A stretch of 37,292 nucleotides of DNA. It comes from a bacterium (GTDB lineage: Bacteria > JADJOY01). Made by a program: the position numbers and the translations under genes. The stretch covers positions 1 through 37,292 of the forward strand of contig JAXLQJ010000070.1 in assembly GCA_046331705.1 (NCBI GenBank), given 5' to 3'. The notes below the pieces were generated by a model that made no database searches, was not told the origin of the DNA, and saw nothing but the letters and a program-made list of their open reading frames with translations. Numbering within the stretch: the stretch's first letter is position 1; every line of letters begins with the position of its first letter. Below are positions 1-8,937 of this stretch, piece by piece.

Positions 1-247
1 CGCGCAACAGATCCGCCTCGCTGCTCGTGTTCTCGACGTCGATGAACACCATGCGCCGCGGGGCGCGCGGCTCCACCACGACAGGCGTGACGGGAGCCGG
101 GGCTTCGCTGGTCTTGCGCGTGCGCGGCGTCTTGGTTCGGGTGCGTTTGGCCGGCGCCGCCGTGGCGGCGGGCACGGGCGCGGGACTGGGTTCGATGGGA
201 GTGGATTTGCTGCGAGGGGTGGCCTCGGAGGCTCGCTTGGTTGCCAT
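1..247 (-). CDS. NYN (LabA/DUF88-like) domain protein, 5' part only (runs off the window)
   Basis: Not in the ORF track. Manual translation from ATG at 247 gives MATKRASEATPRSKSTPIEPSPAP...PRRMVFIDVENTSSEADLLRA; VFIDxEN matches the first motif of NYN/PIN-fold domains, preceded by a Pro/Ala/Lys-rich low-complexity N-terminus. Confidence 0.6.
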   Translation of the reverse strand, partial: MATKRASEATPRSKSTPIEPSPAPVPAATAAPAKRTRTKTPRTRKTSEAPAPVTPVVVEPRAPRRMVFIDVENTSSEADLLR

Positions 248-318
248 GCGGGATTTATCGCGCGGATCGGCGCGATAGTCGAGCGTCGCGGGTCGTTCGA
301 CGGGATGGATCGCCGCGG

Positions 319-2103
319 CTAGCGCACCGGCGCGAAGGACGCGAGCGGGCATCGCCGCGGCGTTGGTGAGGTTGGATCGAAGCAGACGGGAACCCAGCGC
401 GGATCGGCGAGTGACCATCGGGTCCGAAATCGCACGGACTCGACAGCCTCCCCGTCCATGGCCGCGATGGTGGCGTCGAAATGCGCGCCGTGGAAAACCT
501 GCCCCGCGCGGAAATCGCGCCGCGTGAGGTAGATCCAGTCGACCGGCGACTCGAAGAAGCGATGCCCTGGAGGGGCGGTCACCAGCAGCGTGTGCTCGTC
601 CTCGGCGACGAGCGCCGGCGGCTCGGCGAAGTTCGTGAGCACCGCGACCTCCGCCTCGACACCCGGGGTCAGGAACCGGAAGGCCGCGCCGATCCCCGAT
701 GCCGTGGTGCGACTCGGCGTGTTGACGAGCAAGATCACGTCGTCGGCGCGGACCGGCCCGAGCACGGCGCGGTACGACTCGACCAGCCCCTCGAAGCCCT
801 TGCGGAACTCGCTCTCGAATCGGCTGGCGAGCCAGACGTCGGCGGACGCGGGCACCACGAACGCGTACCCAGCTGCGACCGCCGCGACGAGCATGCGGGC
901 CGCACCGCTCGCAGCCTGCGCCAGCAACGAATCGACGATCGACCCGGCGAGCAGCGCCCACCCCACCGACGCGAAGTAGAGATAGCGGGCGCTCGGCAGG
1001 AAGCCCAAGGTGGGCGTCACGAAGAGCCCCAGCCACGCGAGCGCGAAGAGCCGCACGTGCCGGGTCTCGCGCGCCCGTAGCGCCGCGATCCCCGCGATCG
1101 AAGCAGCGGCAACGAAGAGCGCCGCGAGCGGCCACCACGGCAGCGCGAAGAGGCGGTCGTGACGCTGCAGGCTGGGTGGGAGGTAGGCGACCAACGACGC
1201 CAGCGCGAGCACCGCGCTCTTGGCCATGAACGCGAGCTTCGTGGCGAACGGGAGATCGAGCGTCACGGGGGCGTAGCCGGAGCGAAGTCCGAATCCGTGC
1301 GACGCGTACCAGGCGACGTACGCGAGGGCGAAGACGAGGAACGGCAGCGCGCGCAGCCAGCGCGCATCCCGCCACGGAACGGCGATCCGCCTCTCCCGCA
1401 CCGGATCCGCCAATCCCAGAAGCTCGTGGACGACGAAGATCGCGGGCAACGCGCACACGGTCTCCTTGGTGAGCATGCCCGCGCTCAGGAGCGCGGCGGT
1501 GACGGCGTGGAGCCAGTGGCGCCGGACGCCACGCGCGCGACCCGCCGCCCGAAACGCGAGCAAGCCCCCGATCGCCTCCGACACCGCCACCAGATCGCTG
1601 CGATTCGAGATCCAGTAGACGGCCGCGAGATTGCCGGGATGGAACGCGAAGATCCCAGCACCGGCGAGGGCGCCGCGCGCACCCACTCCGAACGCGCCGA
1701 GCAAGCGCCACACGAGCGCGACCGCGAGCACGTGCGCGAGCAAGCTCGTGAGGTGATAGCCCCAGGATTCGCGCCCCCAGAGCCGCACGTCGAGCGCCAG
1801 GAGCGCGGTGGAAGCCGGCCGGAAATAGTTGAACTCGAACTCGTCGCTGGTCCACCACGGCAGCGCCCAGCGGACCTCGTCGCGAGGCAACGCCGTGACG
1901 CCGTAGGTGTTGCCGTGCAGCCGGGCGAGCCCTGGCTTCGGGCCCTCGATCAAGAGCAGATGGACGAAGTCGTCCATGAAGAGCGGCGCGCGCAGCGTGG
2001 GCGCGAGCACCGCGACGACGGTGAGCAACAAGCCCGGCAGCAGCGCGCGCCGCGTGTGCGTCCGCCAGCTTGCGGCGGTCGCGGCGCGCGTGGACGCGGG
2101 CAT
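319..2103 (-). CDS. Multi-pass membrane GT-C superfamily glycosyltransferase (PMT/ArnT/TMTC-like) with C-terminal periplasmic domain
   Basis: 594 aa with many hydrophobic helices; motifs FMDDF after the first TM, YFRP, HP..AVYWISNRSD, TKE and RYLY are typical of GT-C-fold proteins. Confidence 0.7.
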   Translation of the reverse strand: MPASTRAATAASWRTHTRRALLPGLLLTVVAVLAPTLRAPLFMDDFVHLLLIEGPKPGLARLHGNTYGVTALPRDEVRWALPWWTSDEFEFNYFRPASTALLALDVRLWGRESWGYHLTSLLAHVLAVALVWRLLGAFGVGARGALAGAGIFAFHPGNLAAVYWISNRSDLVAVSEAIGGLLAFRAAGRARGVRRHWLHAVTAALLSAGMLTKETVCALPAIFVVHELLGLADPVRERRIAVPWRDARWLRALPFLVFALAYVAWYASHGFGLRSGYAPVTLDLPFATKLAFMAKSAVLALASLVAYLPPSLQRHDRLFALPWWPLAALFVAAASIAGIAALRARETRHVRLFALAWLGLFVTPTLGFLPSARYLYFASVGWALLAGSIVDSLLAQAASGAARMLVAAVAAGYAFVVPASADVWLASRFESEFRKGFEGLVESYRAVLGPVRADDVILLVNTPSRTTASGIGAAFRFLTPGVEAEVAVLTNFAEPPALVAEDEHTLLVTAPPGHRFFESPVDWIYLTRRDFRAGQVFHGAHFDATIAAMDGEAVESVRFRTRWSLADPRWVPVCFDPTSPTPRRCPLASFAPVR

Positions 2104-2148
2104 GGGAACGAGAGACGCGATCGAGCGGGATGCGCGATCGACGATCGC

Positions 2149-3213
2149 TCAGCGACCGAGGCGCGCCGCCACCAGGTGCTGAAGCAGCTCGACGCCGCTG
2201 CGCATCGTGCTCCACCTCAGCCGGAAGTCGCGCGAGCCGGGCAACGAGAGCCACAACCGCAGCAGATGGCGGCGACGCTCGGGCTCGGGCCAATCCTGGT
2301 ACGCCGTTCGGGCGTGAATCTGCGTGTGGTTCGACAGGAGCTGGATGTCGCCGGGCTCGAGCTCCATGTCGAGGTGGATCGCCGGATCCGCCGCGATGGC
2401 GTCGTAGGCATCGAGCAAGGCGCGCTCGTCGTCGGTGAGCGCGGGCACGCCCGGAACACGCTCGGCGGATCGGAAGTAGTCGCTGTGCCAAAAGGTGCGA
2501 AGCTCGCCGCCGGCGTAACGACACGGCGGCACCGGCACCGAGCGAACGTTTCCTTCGCCATGCGTATCGAGGTGGAACGGACGAAAGAGACGCTCGCTCC
2601 TCGCGGGGGATCGCCGCAGCAGCTCGTTGAAGACGGTCACCGAGCTGGCGATACGGCTCGCGCCGCCGCGCCACGCCGCGTGCAGACACAACAGACCCAC
2701 CACGTCCGCCGCGTCGCAATGGAACGCGATGTTCTGGTTGGTTTCGTAGAGCCGGATGTCGCCGCCCTTGTGCTCGTCGCGGACGTGGCCGAGCAAATCT
2801 CCGCGCGGGTTCTGGGCGCCCGGGATTCCGAGGTGCAGGCCCAGACACCAGAAGAAGCATTCGGACTCCGCGGCGCTCCAATCGCGGACGGGCACGTCGC
2901 GGATCAGCACGAACCCCCGCCCGTGAGCGAGCTCGCGCCGCCACGCGGCGATGCGCGCGGCGAGGCGCTCGAGCGGGAAATCCGCGGCGAGCATCGCCGT
3001 GAGCGGCTTGCCGGTCGCGAGCGCGGCGGTGACGGCGCGCCGGCACTCGTCGATCTCGGCGCGCGCGAGACGATCGATCCAGTCGCTCCGGCCGCGCAGC
3101 TCCGCCCCACGCCAAGCGCTCGGCAGATCGAGCGGCGCGCGGGGGATCGACTGATGGGGACGCGCCAGATAGTGAAACGTCTGCCGTCTGAGCGATCGGT
3201 AAGGTGTCGTCAC
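2149..3213 (-). CDS. TauD/TfdA family Fe(II)/2-oxoglutarate dioxygenase
   Basis: GRGFVLIR, facial triad H-x-D (FHCD) plus distal His (IHARTAY), and RHLLRLWL; GGAG RBS and a TAGGCT -10-like hexamer upstream. Confidence 0.9.
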   Translation of the reverse strand: MTTPYRSLRRQTFHYLARPHQSIPRAPLDLPSAWRGAELRGRSDWIDRLARAEIDECRRAVTAALATGKPLTAMLAADFPLERLAARIAAWRRELAHGRGFVLIRDVPVRDWSAAESECFFWCLGLHLGIPGAQNPRGDLLGHVRDEHKGGDIRLYETNQNIAFHCDAADVVGLLCLHAAWRGGASRIASSVTVFNELLRRSPARSERLFRPFHLDTHGEGNVRSVPVPPCRYAGGELRTFWHSDYFRSAERVPGVPALTDDERALLDAYDAIAADPAIHLDMELEPGDIQLLSNHTQIHARTAYQDWPEPERRRHLLRLWLSLPGSRDFRLRWSTMRSGVELLQHLVAARLGR

Positions 3214-3285
3214 GGCGGCTCCGTCGCCGAGCCTAGCAGGCGCCCGAAAAGCGCGCCTACGCGATCCCGTCGCGCGACGGCTTCG

Positions 3286-4854
3286 TCAGTGCGCGGTGGT
3301 GGCGGCGACGGGCGCGGCGGCGGCCGCCGCGCCATCCAACCCGAGCCGCGCGACCTCGGTGATGCCCTGCCGGGCGTAGTCGATCGACTCGCCCAGGATC
3401 CGCAGCGTCTCCGCCGGGGCGTGGAAGCCCGTCGAGTTCTCGGCGTTGACGAGATCCGCGCGCCACTGTGCGCGCCGGTGCAGCGCGCGCGCTCCCGCCA
3501 GCTGCTCGTCGCTGGCACCCGCGGCCTTGGCACCGCGGATCGCCTCGATCAGCTCCACCACGGCGATCTCCGCTCGGTCCATCTGTCCCTTGGTGCGCGC
3601 CTGGATCTGGTCGACGCGCGCCTGGATCTCGCTCTCCGTGTAGTTGTGGCACGTCTGGCACGAGAGGTTCACGTGCGCCAGCGGCGTCTGCACTTGATGG
3701 TCGGAGTACTTCATCGCGCCCTCGCGCTTGTAGGGCATGTGGCAATCGGCGCAAGACACGCCGCTGCGCGCGTGAATCCCCTGGCTCCAGGTCTCGAACT
3801 CGGGATGCTGCGCCTTGAGAACCTTGGTTCCCGAGTCCTTGTGCGTCCAGTCGGTCCAGCCGACCTCGTCGTAATAGGCCTCCATCTCTTCCGCCTTGAG
3901 CCCCTTGTGCCACGGGAACGTGAGACGCTTGGCGTCCCCCTGGAAGTAATACTCGACGTGGCATTGCCCGCAGGCGAACGAGCGCATCTCCTGGCGGGTG
4001 GCGAGAGCGTTGGGATCGTAGGGCTGCGCCCGATCGCCCTTTCGCCACTGCTCGATGCTCGGCAGGTGCGGCACCGGCTCCGCCGACTCGGCGAGCTTGG
4101 CGATGCCCTCGAGGAACGCCGGACGCGTCACCCGCAGGCGCATCGAGTCGGGAGTGTGGCAGTCGAGGCAGGTGACGGGATGGCTCGCGAGCTTGGTCGC
4201 TTCCGCATACGGAAGTGGATTCACGTGCTCCCAGCCGGTGAAGAGCTGGGCGCGGCCCGCCTCGGAGAAGAGCGGATCGTCGAGGGTGCCCGGCGCACCG
4301 TGCGCCAGCCCGGCTTCGCGATACGCCACCACGGTCGACGCGTGGCAGTTGAGACACGTCCCGGGCTGCGGCTTCTGCTTGACGCGCTCGGTTTTGCGCT
4401 GGTCTTGAAGCATGAACGCGTGGCCGCGGCGCTCGCGGTAATCGATCGCGAAGGCGTAGCCGTTGAACATGGTCTTGAGCCGTGGGTCCCCGACCAGCTT
4501 CGATTCGGCCTTGCGTTCCGCGCCGGGCGCGACCTCGGTCGCCGTCCCCTCGGGCTCCGGCGGTCGCCCCTCGCTCCACTTGAAGCGCGCGCGCGCGTTG
4601 TCCGAAGTGCGCAGGTAGCCGTCGTATTGGCGCGGAAAGTTCTTGCCCCACTCGGCCGGATCGATCGTGCGCTCGGTCAGCTTCACGATCTCGAGGGTGG
4701 AGTGCGCGGCCTCTTGCTTGCGCGTCTGGATGTTGGCGTAGAGCATCATGGTGAGCACGGTGCCCACGCCGAAAGCCACCGCCGCGGCCACGAACACGGC
4801 CACGATCAGGGAGCGACTGCGCGCCGCCGGGGCACCACGGTTCTCGTTGCTCAT
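3286..4854 (-). CDS. nrfA: Ammonia-forming cytochrome c nitrite reductase, pentaheme c552 subunit (CXXCH-type heme 1)
   Basis: Five heme motifs CLNCH, CLDCH, CGQCH, CADCH, CQTCH; diagnostic CGQCHVEYYF, KAQHPEFE, RGH, GVSCADCHMP and ENSTGFHAP; N-terminal TM/signal; start at ATG 4854 preceded by GGGAG. Confidence 0.95.
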   Translation of the reverse strand: MSNENRGAPAARSRSLIVAVFVAAAVAFGVGTVLTMMLYANIQTRKQEAAHSTLEIVKLTERTIDPAEWGKNFPRQYDGYLRTSDNARARFKWSEGRPPEPEGTATEVAPGAERKAESKLVGDPRLKTMFNGYAFAIDYRERRGHAFMLQDQRKTERVKQKPQPGTCLNCHASTVVAYREAGLAHGAPGTLDDPLFSEAGRAQLFTGWEHVNPLPYAEATKLASHPVTCLDCHTPDSMRLRVTRPAFLEGIAKLAESAEPVPHLPSIEQWRKGDRAQPYDPNALATRQEMRSFACGQCHVEYYFQGDAKRLTFPWHKGLKAEEMEAYYDEVGWTDWTHKDSGTKVLKAQHPEFETWSQGIHARSGVSCADCHMPYKREGAMKYSDHQVQTPLAHVNLSCQTCHNYTESEIQARVDQIQARTKGQMDRAEIAVVELIEAIRGAKAAGASDEQLAGARALHRRAQWRADLVNAENSTGFHAPAETLRILGESIDYARQGITEVARLGLDGAAAAAAPVAATTAH

Positions 4855-4867
4855 CGGATCGACTCCC

Positions 4868-5374
4868 TCAGCGCACGGGTCCGTGCGCGACCGCGGCGTG
4901 ACAGCGGATGCAATCGAGGCCGCCCGAGGCATCGGCAGCGGGCTCGTGGCGACCGAACGCCACCAACCGGATCTCGTGGGTCATCGCCTCGTGACAGCGG
5001 ACACAGTTCTGCACCACCACCTCGCGGCTCGTGCGCGTGATCTGGATCGGCTCGTGGAAATCCTGGAACGTGAAGCCCTTCGAGTGCCGGTAGCCGTGCT
5101 CCGCCTTGACCCAATACTTCGCGATCAGCGAGTCGTGGGGCACGTGACAGTCGTTGCAGGTCGCGCGCGCATGGTGGGCACCCTTCGCCCAGCCGTCGAA
5201 CTCGGCGTTCATGATGTGGCAGTTCACGCACGCCGCGGGATCGTTCGAGAGATACGAGGTGGCGCGCGCATCGTGCGCCGTATAGGCCACGGCCGCGACG
5301 AACGAGCCCGCGAGCGCGCCGAGCAGCGCGATCCAAGCCAAGCGGAGCGGTCCGCGACGTTGCGAGGGCGACAT
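4868..5374 (-). CDS. nrfH: Cytochrome c nitrite reductase small subunit (tetraheme NapC/NirT-family quinol dehydrogenase)
   Basis: SYLSNDPAACVNCHIM, CNDCH, CVRCH, CIRCH, one N-terminal TM helix, directly upstream of nrfA; start set at ATG 5374 (MSPSQRRG). Confidence 0.95.
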   Translation of the reverse strand: MSPSQRRGPLRLAWIALLGALAGSFVAAVAYTAHDARATSYLSNDPAACVNCHIMNAEFDGWAKGAHHARATCNDCHVPHDSLIAKYWVKAEHGYRHSKGFTFQDFHEPIQITRTSREVVVQNCVRCHEAMTHEIRLVAFGRHEPAADASGGLDCIRCHAAVAHGPVR

Positions 5375-5382
5375 CGCGCGGC

Positions 5383-5425
5383 AGTCTAGCGCCGTGCGCC
5401 GACGCGCGACCATGATCTGGCTCAT
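5383..5425 (-). promoter_or_regulatory. nrfHA promoter: Crp/FNR-type palindrome plus -10 element
   Basis: ATGAT-CTGG-CTCAT at 5412-5425 resembles the FNR consensus TTGAT-N4-ATCAA; TAGACT -10 at 5388-5383 on the minus strand puts the palindrome centre near -42. Confidence 0.55.
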
Positions 5426-5556
5426 ACGGAGCACACCTCGGTTGGGCGCGCAGTAACCTCGCCCCGAATCTGAGTTGCAGGCTCCAGATCGGACGTCGAG
5501 CATCCAAGCGCGTGGCGATTCCGCCGCGGGTGCGATCGAGCGAGGAAGCGAACCCC

Positions 5557-6384
5557 ATGACCATCGGCGAATGGCTGTCGATCCCGGTCCTGCTGCGCCC
5601 GCGGCGCATCGCGCAGCACCTCGCGCAGATCGAGCGATCCGGTCGCTTCCCGCGCGTGCCGAACACCTGGCAGCTCACGCTGGGCGTGATCCGCATGTGG
5701 CATCGCCTCGCGTTTCGCAGCGAAACGGTGGGGCTTTGCGTGTCGCATCCGCCGCGCAGCAACCTGCGGGCGCGGCTCTTCCAGTACCGTCCCGTCCGCT
5801 TCCCGTTCCTTCTCCACGAAGGTGCGGTGACGCCACTCGACCTCACCGGGCTGGTGAGCCCGCCTTCCACCGTCATCCGCCATCTGCTCGGCACGCATCA
5901 CGACGGCAAGCAATTCGCGTACGACCTGGAGCTGCTCGCCTGCCACCCGGGGAAGCTCGAGGAGCTGGCGCGACAGGTGGCCGGTCTCATCGAGCGTGAC
6001 GACCGCCGTGCCCGCTGGCTTCGCGACCTGTCGGTCTACGCGACCTATCACGAGCGGCTGCGCGCGGCGGTCGAGCGCGCGCTCGCGGACGACTTCGGCC
6101 TGACGGCCGAGGAAGCCGCGAACCCGGACATCTCGTTCGGCGGCTATCTGGCGTGGTGCGCCGCCCAACCCGCGACCGCCGAGGCGACGTTCGCGCTGCT
6201 GCGCGCCGGACACTACACCTGGAGCGAAGGGCGTACGGACACCGCCGCAGCGCCGGCTCCTGCGGCGCCCAGCCAAGGTGCGCCCGCGCTGACGCAGCGT
6301 CGCGCGAGGCGATCCCGCGGGAAGCCGCGGACCTCGCCGTCCGACTCTGGCGCGTCGCGGGCAGGTGGAGCCAGCTCGGCGTGA
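5557..6384 (+). CDS. Hypothetical protein
   Basis: About 275 aa with protein-like composition (HLLGTHHDGKQFAYDLELL), GAGGA RBS upstream of ATG 5557 and a low-complexity C-terminal tail; no family recognised. Confidence 0.7.
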   Translation: MTIGEWLSIPVLLRPRRIAQHLAQIERSGRFPRVPNTWQLTLGVIRMWHRLAFRSETVGLCVSHPPRSNLRARLFQYRPVRFPFLLHEGAVTPLDLTGLVSPPSTVIRHLLGTHHDGKQFAYDLELLACHPGKLEELARQVAGLIERDDRRARWLRDLSVYATYHERLRAAVERALADDFGLTAEEAANPDISFGGYLAWCAAQPATAEATFALLRAGHYTWSEGRTDTAAAPAPAAPSQGAPALTQRRARRSRGKPRTSPSDSGASRAGGASSA

Positions 6385-6476
6385 CGGGCGTGGCGAGGCC
6401 TTTCCCCCACCGCGCCGGCCCGCGGCGCTGGCCCGCGGGAGTTGTGCGGCCCTGCACCCGCGTGGAACATGGGGGA

Positions 6477-7202
6477 ATGCGCAAGCCCATCGACGACGCG
6501 GCCGCGGACGAGCTCAGGAAGGCGAGCGCGCCTCCCACCCTTCGCGAAGCGCTGCCGCGGGGCGTGAGGCCGCCGCGGCAGCGCCGCAGCCAGGACACCA
6601 TCGAGCGGATCGTGGCGGCGGCGACACGGCTGCTCGACGGACGGCCGTTCGACGAGATCCCGATCCTCGAGATCGTCGAGCAGGCAGGTGTCTCGACGAG
6701 CTCGTTCTACGCGCGTTTCCCGAACAAGGCGGTGCTGCTCGAGTACCTGCACGAGCGCCACCTGCGAAGCATGCGCCAGGCCGCCGATCACGCGCTCGCG
6801 AACCACGTCTGGGACGCGATGTCCGTGAGTGACATCGTGCGCATGCTCGTGACCCTCTACCTCACCCACCGGCGCGCCAACGAGCCGTTGCTACGCACCT
6901 TCCTGCACGCCGCCCTCGAGGATCCGAGCTACCTCGCGCGACGCACCGCTTCCGATCAGTACGTGATCGGCGTGATCGCCGACTACCTGGAATCGCGACT
7001 CGCCAAGGACGGCGTACCGGTGGACTTCGAGCGCATCGCGCTGGTGGTGCTGGTGGTCACGTCGGCGATCAAGGACGCCACCAGCGCGCCCGAGCAGTTC
7101 GCCTCGCGCTTTCGCCTGCGCGACGAAGCGCTGGTGGATGGGCTCGCCGCGATGGCGTGCGCGCACCTCGGCGTGCCCGACAGCCGCACCGTCTGCCGCT
7201 GA
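6477..7202 (+). CDS. TetR/AcrR family transcriptional regulator
   Basis: PRQRRSQDTIERIVAAA...EIVEQAGVSTSSFYARFPNKAVLL is a TetR HTH; ATG at 6477. Confidence 0.93.
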   Translation: MRKPIDDAAADELRKASAPPTLREALPRGVRPPRQRRSQDTIERIVAAATRLLDGRPFDEIPILEIVEQAGVSTSSFYARFPNKAVLLEYLHERHLRSMRQAADHALANHVWDAMSVSDIVRMLVTLYLTHRRANEPLLRTFLHAALEDPSYLARRTASDQYVIGVIADYLESRLAKDGVPVDFERIALVVLVVTSAIKDATSAPEQFASRFRLRDEALVDGLAAMACAHLGVPDSRTVCR

Positions 7203-7246
7203 GCGTTCGAGCCCGAGCGCGGCGCGCAGCGCTCGCGGCGCTCGCG

Positions 7247-8173
7247 TCACCCGCCCGCGAGCGCGTTCAGCTGCTCGAGTGACGGCGCGAAGAAATAGCC
7301 GCCCGACACCGGGTGCGAGAACTCCATCAGCCGGTCGTGATGGCCATCGCCGCTGGTGCCGAACATGCGCGTGAGCATCTTGTCGAAGGTGGTGCGCTCC
7401 CGGCAATAGGCGATGAAGAAGAGCCCCGACTCGCTGGTGGTGCCGTACGGGAAGCTGTGCCGCAGGATCTGCAGCTCCTCGCCGTCCTCCTCGATCACCG
7501 TGCGGCTGACGTGCGCCGTCACCGGGCGCAGCGCATCGTCGAGCTCGACGCTGTCGGGCTTGGTGCGTCCGACGATTCGCTCTTGCTCCGCGACCGGGAG
7601 CGCCGCCCAGCGCGCGAGATCGTGCACGTAGCGCTGGATCAGCACGTAGCTGCCGCCAGCGAATGCCGCGTCCTCGCCTCCGATGAGCGCCGCCGTCGGC
7701 CGCTCGTCGCCCGCGGGGTTCTCGGTGCCGTCGATGAAACCGGTGAGATCGCGGCTGTCGAGATAGCGAAAGCCGGCGACCTCGTCGAGCGGCTTCACCA
7801 GGCCCCCGAGCGCGTCGCGCACCCGCCGCGTCAGCTCGAACGCCGAGTCCGGTCGATCCGCGACCACGTGCAGCAACACGTCGCCGCCGGTCGCGGGCGC
7901 CAGCAACGGGCCGGCACCGATCGGCACGAACGGCGCGAGCTCGCGCGGCCGTGCCGACGGCGAGACCCGATCCCAGAGCGCCGCTCCCACCGACACCACC
8001 GACCGCAGACCCGCGTCGCCGGCGAGGGCGGCGACCTCGGCCGTGAGCTCCGGCACACGCGCCAGCTTGGCCACGATCCGGCGCGCATCCGCTGCCCGAT
8101 CGCTCGCCTCGACCACGAGGAAATGAGCCGCGGGGCCCGGCACGGGGATGATTCCGGCTTGGGGTGTCGTCAT
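7247..8173 (-). CDS. Dyp-type (dye-decolorizing) heme peroxidase
   Basis: RDLTGFIDGTENP (GXXDG), GGSYV, QERIVGRTK, proximal His in TAHV, distal Arg in ILRHSFPYG, GLFFIAY; start MTTPQAGII at 8173. Confidence 0.95.
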   Translation of the reverse strand: MTTPQAGIIPVPGPAAHFLVVEASDRAADARRIVAKLARVPELTAEVAALAGDAGLRSVVSVGAALWDRVSPSARPRELAPFVPIGAGPLLAPATGGDVLLHVVADRPDSAFELTRRVRDALGGLVKPLDEVAGFRYLDSRDLTGFIDGTENPAGDERPTAALIGGEDAAFAGGSYVLIQRYVHDLARWAALPVAEQERIVGRTKPDSVELDDALRPVTAHVSRTVIEEDGEELQILRHSFPYGTTSESGLFFIAYCRERTTFDKMLTRMFGTSGDGHHDRLMEFSHPVSGGYFFAPSLEQLNALAGG

Positions 8174-8282
8174 GCCAATCCTCCTGGCGGCCAGGCCGCG
8201 CGCCGATGCGTGGTTCCCGCTATGTGTCGCGCGCCCACCGCGCGCGGCAAGTCCCCCGGATCCCGGAGCGCGCGGGACGGCC

Positions 8283-8936
8283 TCAAGGCGCGGCGAGCGC
8301 AGCGCAGGTCGCTGCGAGCTCGCCAAGCGCCGTGCCGACGGCCTCGTTCGCTGCGGCGACTCCACCCACGGGATCGTCGCTCGGCGCCTCCACCGCGCGC
8401 GTGATCTCGCGGGTGGCGAGGACACGGCGCTGGTCGGTGTCGACGATCTGCGCCCGCACCGTGAAGCGCAGCACGCTGGGACGAACGGAAAAATCCTGCA
8501 CCAGGCGGACGACCTCCGTGTCCACCCGCAACCGCGTCGCGACACTGCTCGGCGCGGAGACCACGGCGGCAAATCGCCCCGTCCCCTCGAAGGCGCGCAC
8601 CAGGAGCGGCACCAGCATCCGCGCCGGCGTGTCCACCCATTGGTGGCGCGCGAAGTAGGCGAGCGCGTGCGGTTCGAGAACGTAGGCCATGCGCGGGCTG
8701 TCGAAGCCGGGCCCCGCGCGCGGAACGTTGACCAGGAGCGTGGGTGCCTCCGCCGGCGCTCGCTCGGCGCGGGCGGCCTCGATCGCCGGGCTGAGCGCGA
8801 AGAGCTCGGGCAGCTGGTTGCGACTCGGGCTCAGCAGCGTGCATCCCGCGAGCACGAGGACTGCGAGCGGCGCGACGAACCAGGGGCGCGCACGGCGCGC
8901 GTCGTCGGGGGCGTTCGAGAGGTTCCGCGCGTTCAC
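8283..8936 (-). CDS. ABC-type transport auxiliary lipoprotein (PqiC-like)
   Basis: Lipobox LVLAGC; PGFDSPRMAY...YFARHQWVDTPARML; last gene of the MlaE/F/D cluster. Confidence 0.88.
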   Translation of the reverse strand: MNARNLSNAPDDARRARPWFVAPLAVLVLAGCTLLSPSRNQLPELFALSPAIEAARAERAPAEAPTLLVNVPRAGPGFDSPRMAYVLEPHALAYFARHQWVDTPARMLVPLLVRAFEGTGRFAAVVSAPSSVATRLRVDTEVVRLVQDFSVRPSVLRFTVRAQIVDTDQRRVLATREITRAVEAPSDDPVGGVAAANEAVGTALGELAATCAALAAP

Positions 8937-8937
8937 G

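Noticed and set aside
1159-5040. 1293-aa plus-strand ORF
   Set aside because: Antisense shadow of the GT-C, tauD and nrfA genes; Arg/Gly-rich with no motifs, as expected in high-GC DNA.
7247-7300. DyP as encapsulin cargo
   Set aside because: No C-terminal GSLxIGSL-type targeting peptide and no encapsulin gene in the window.
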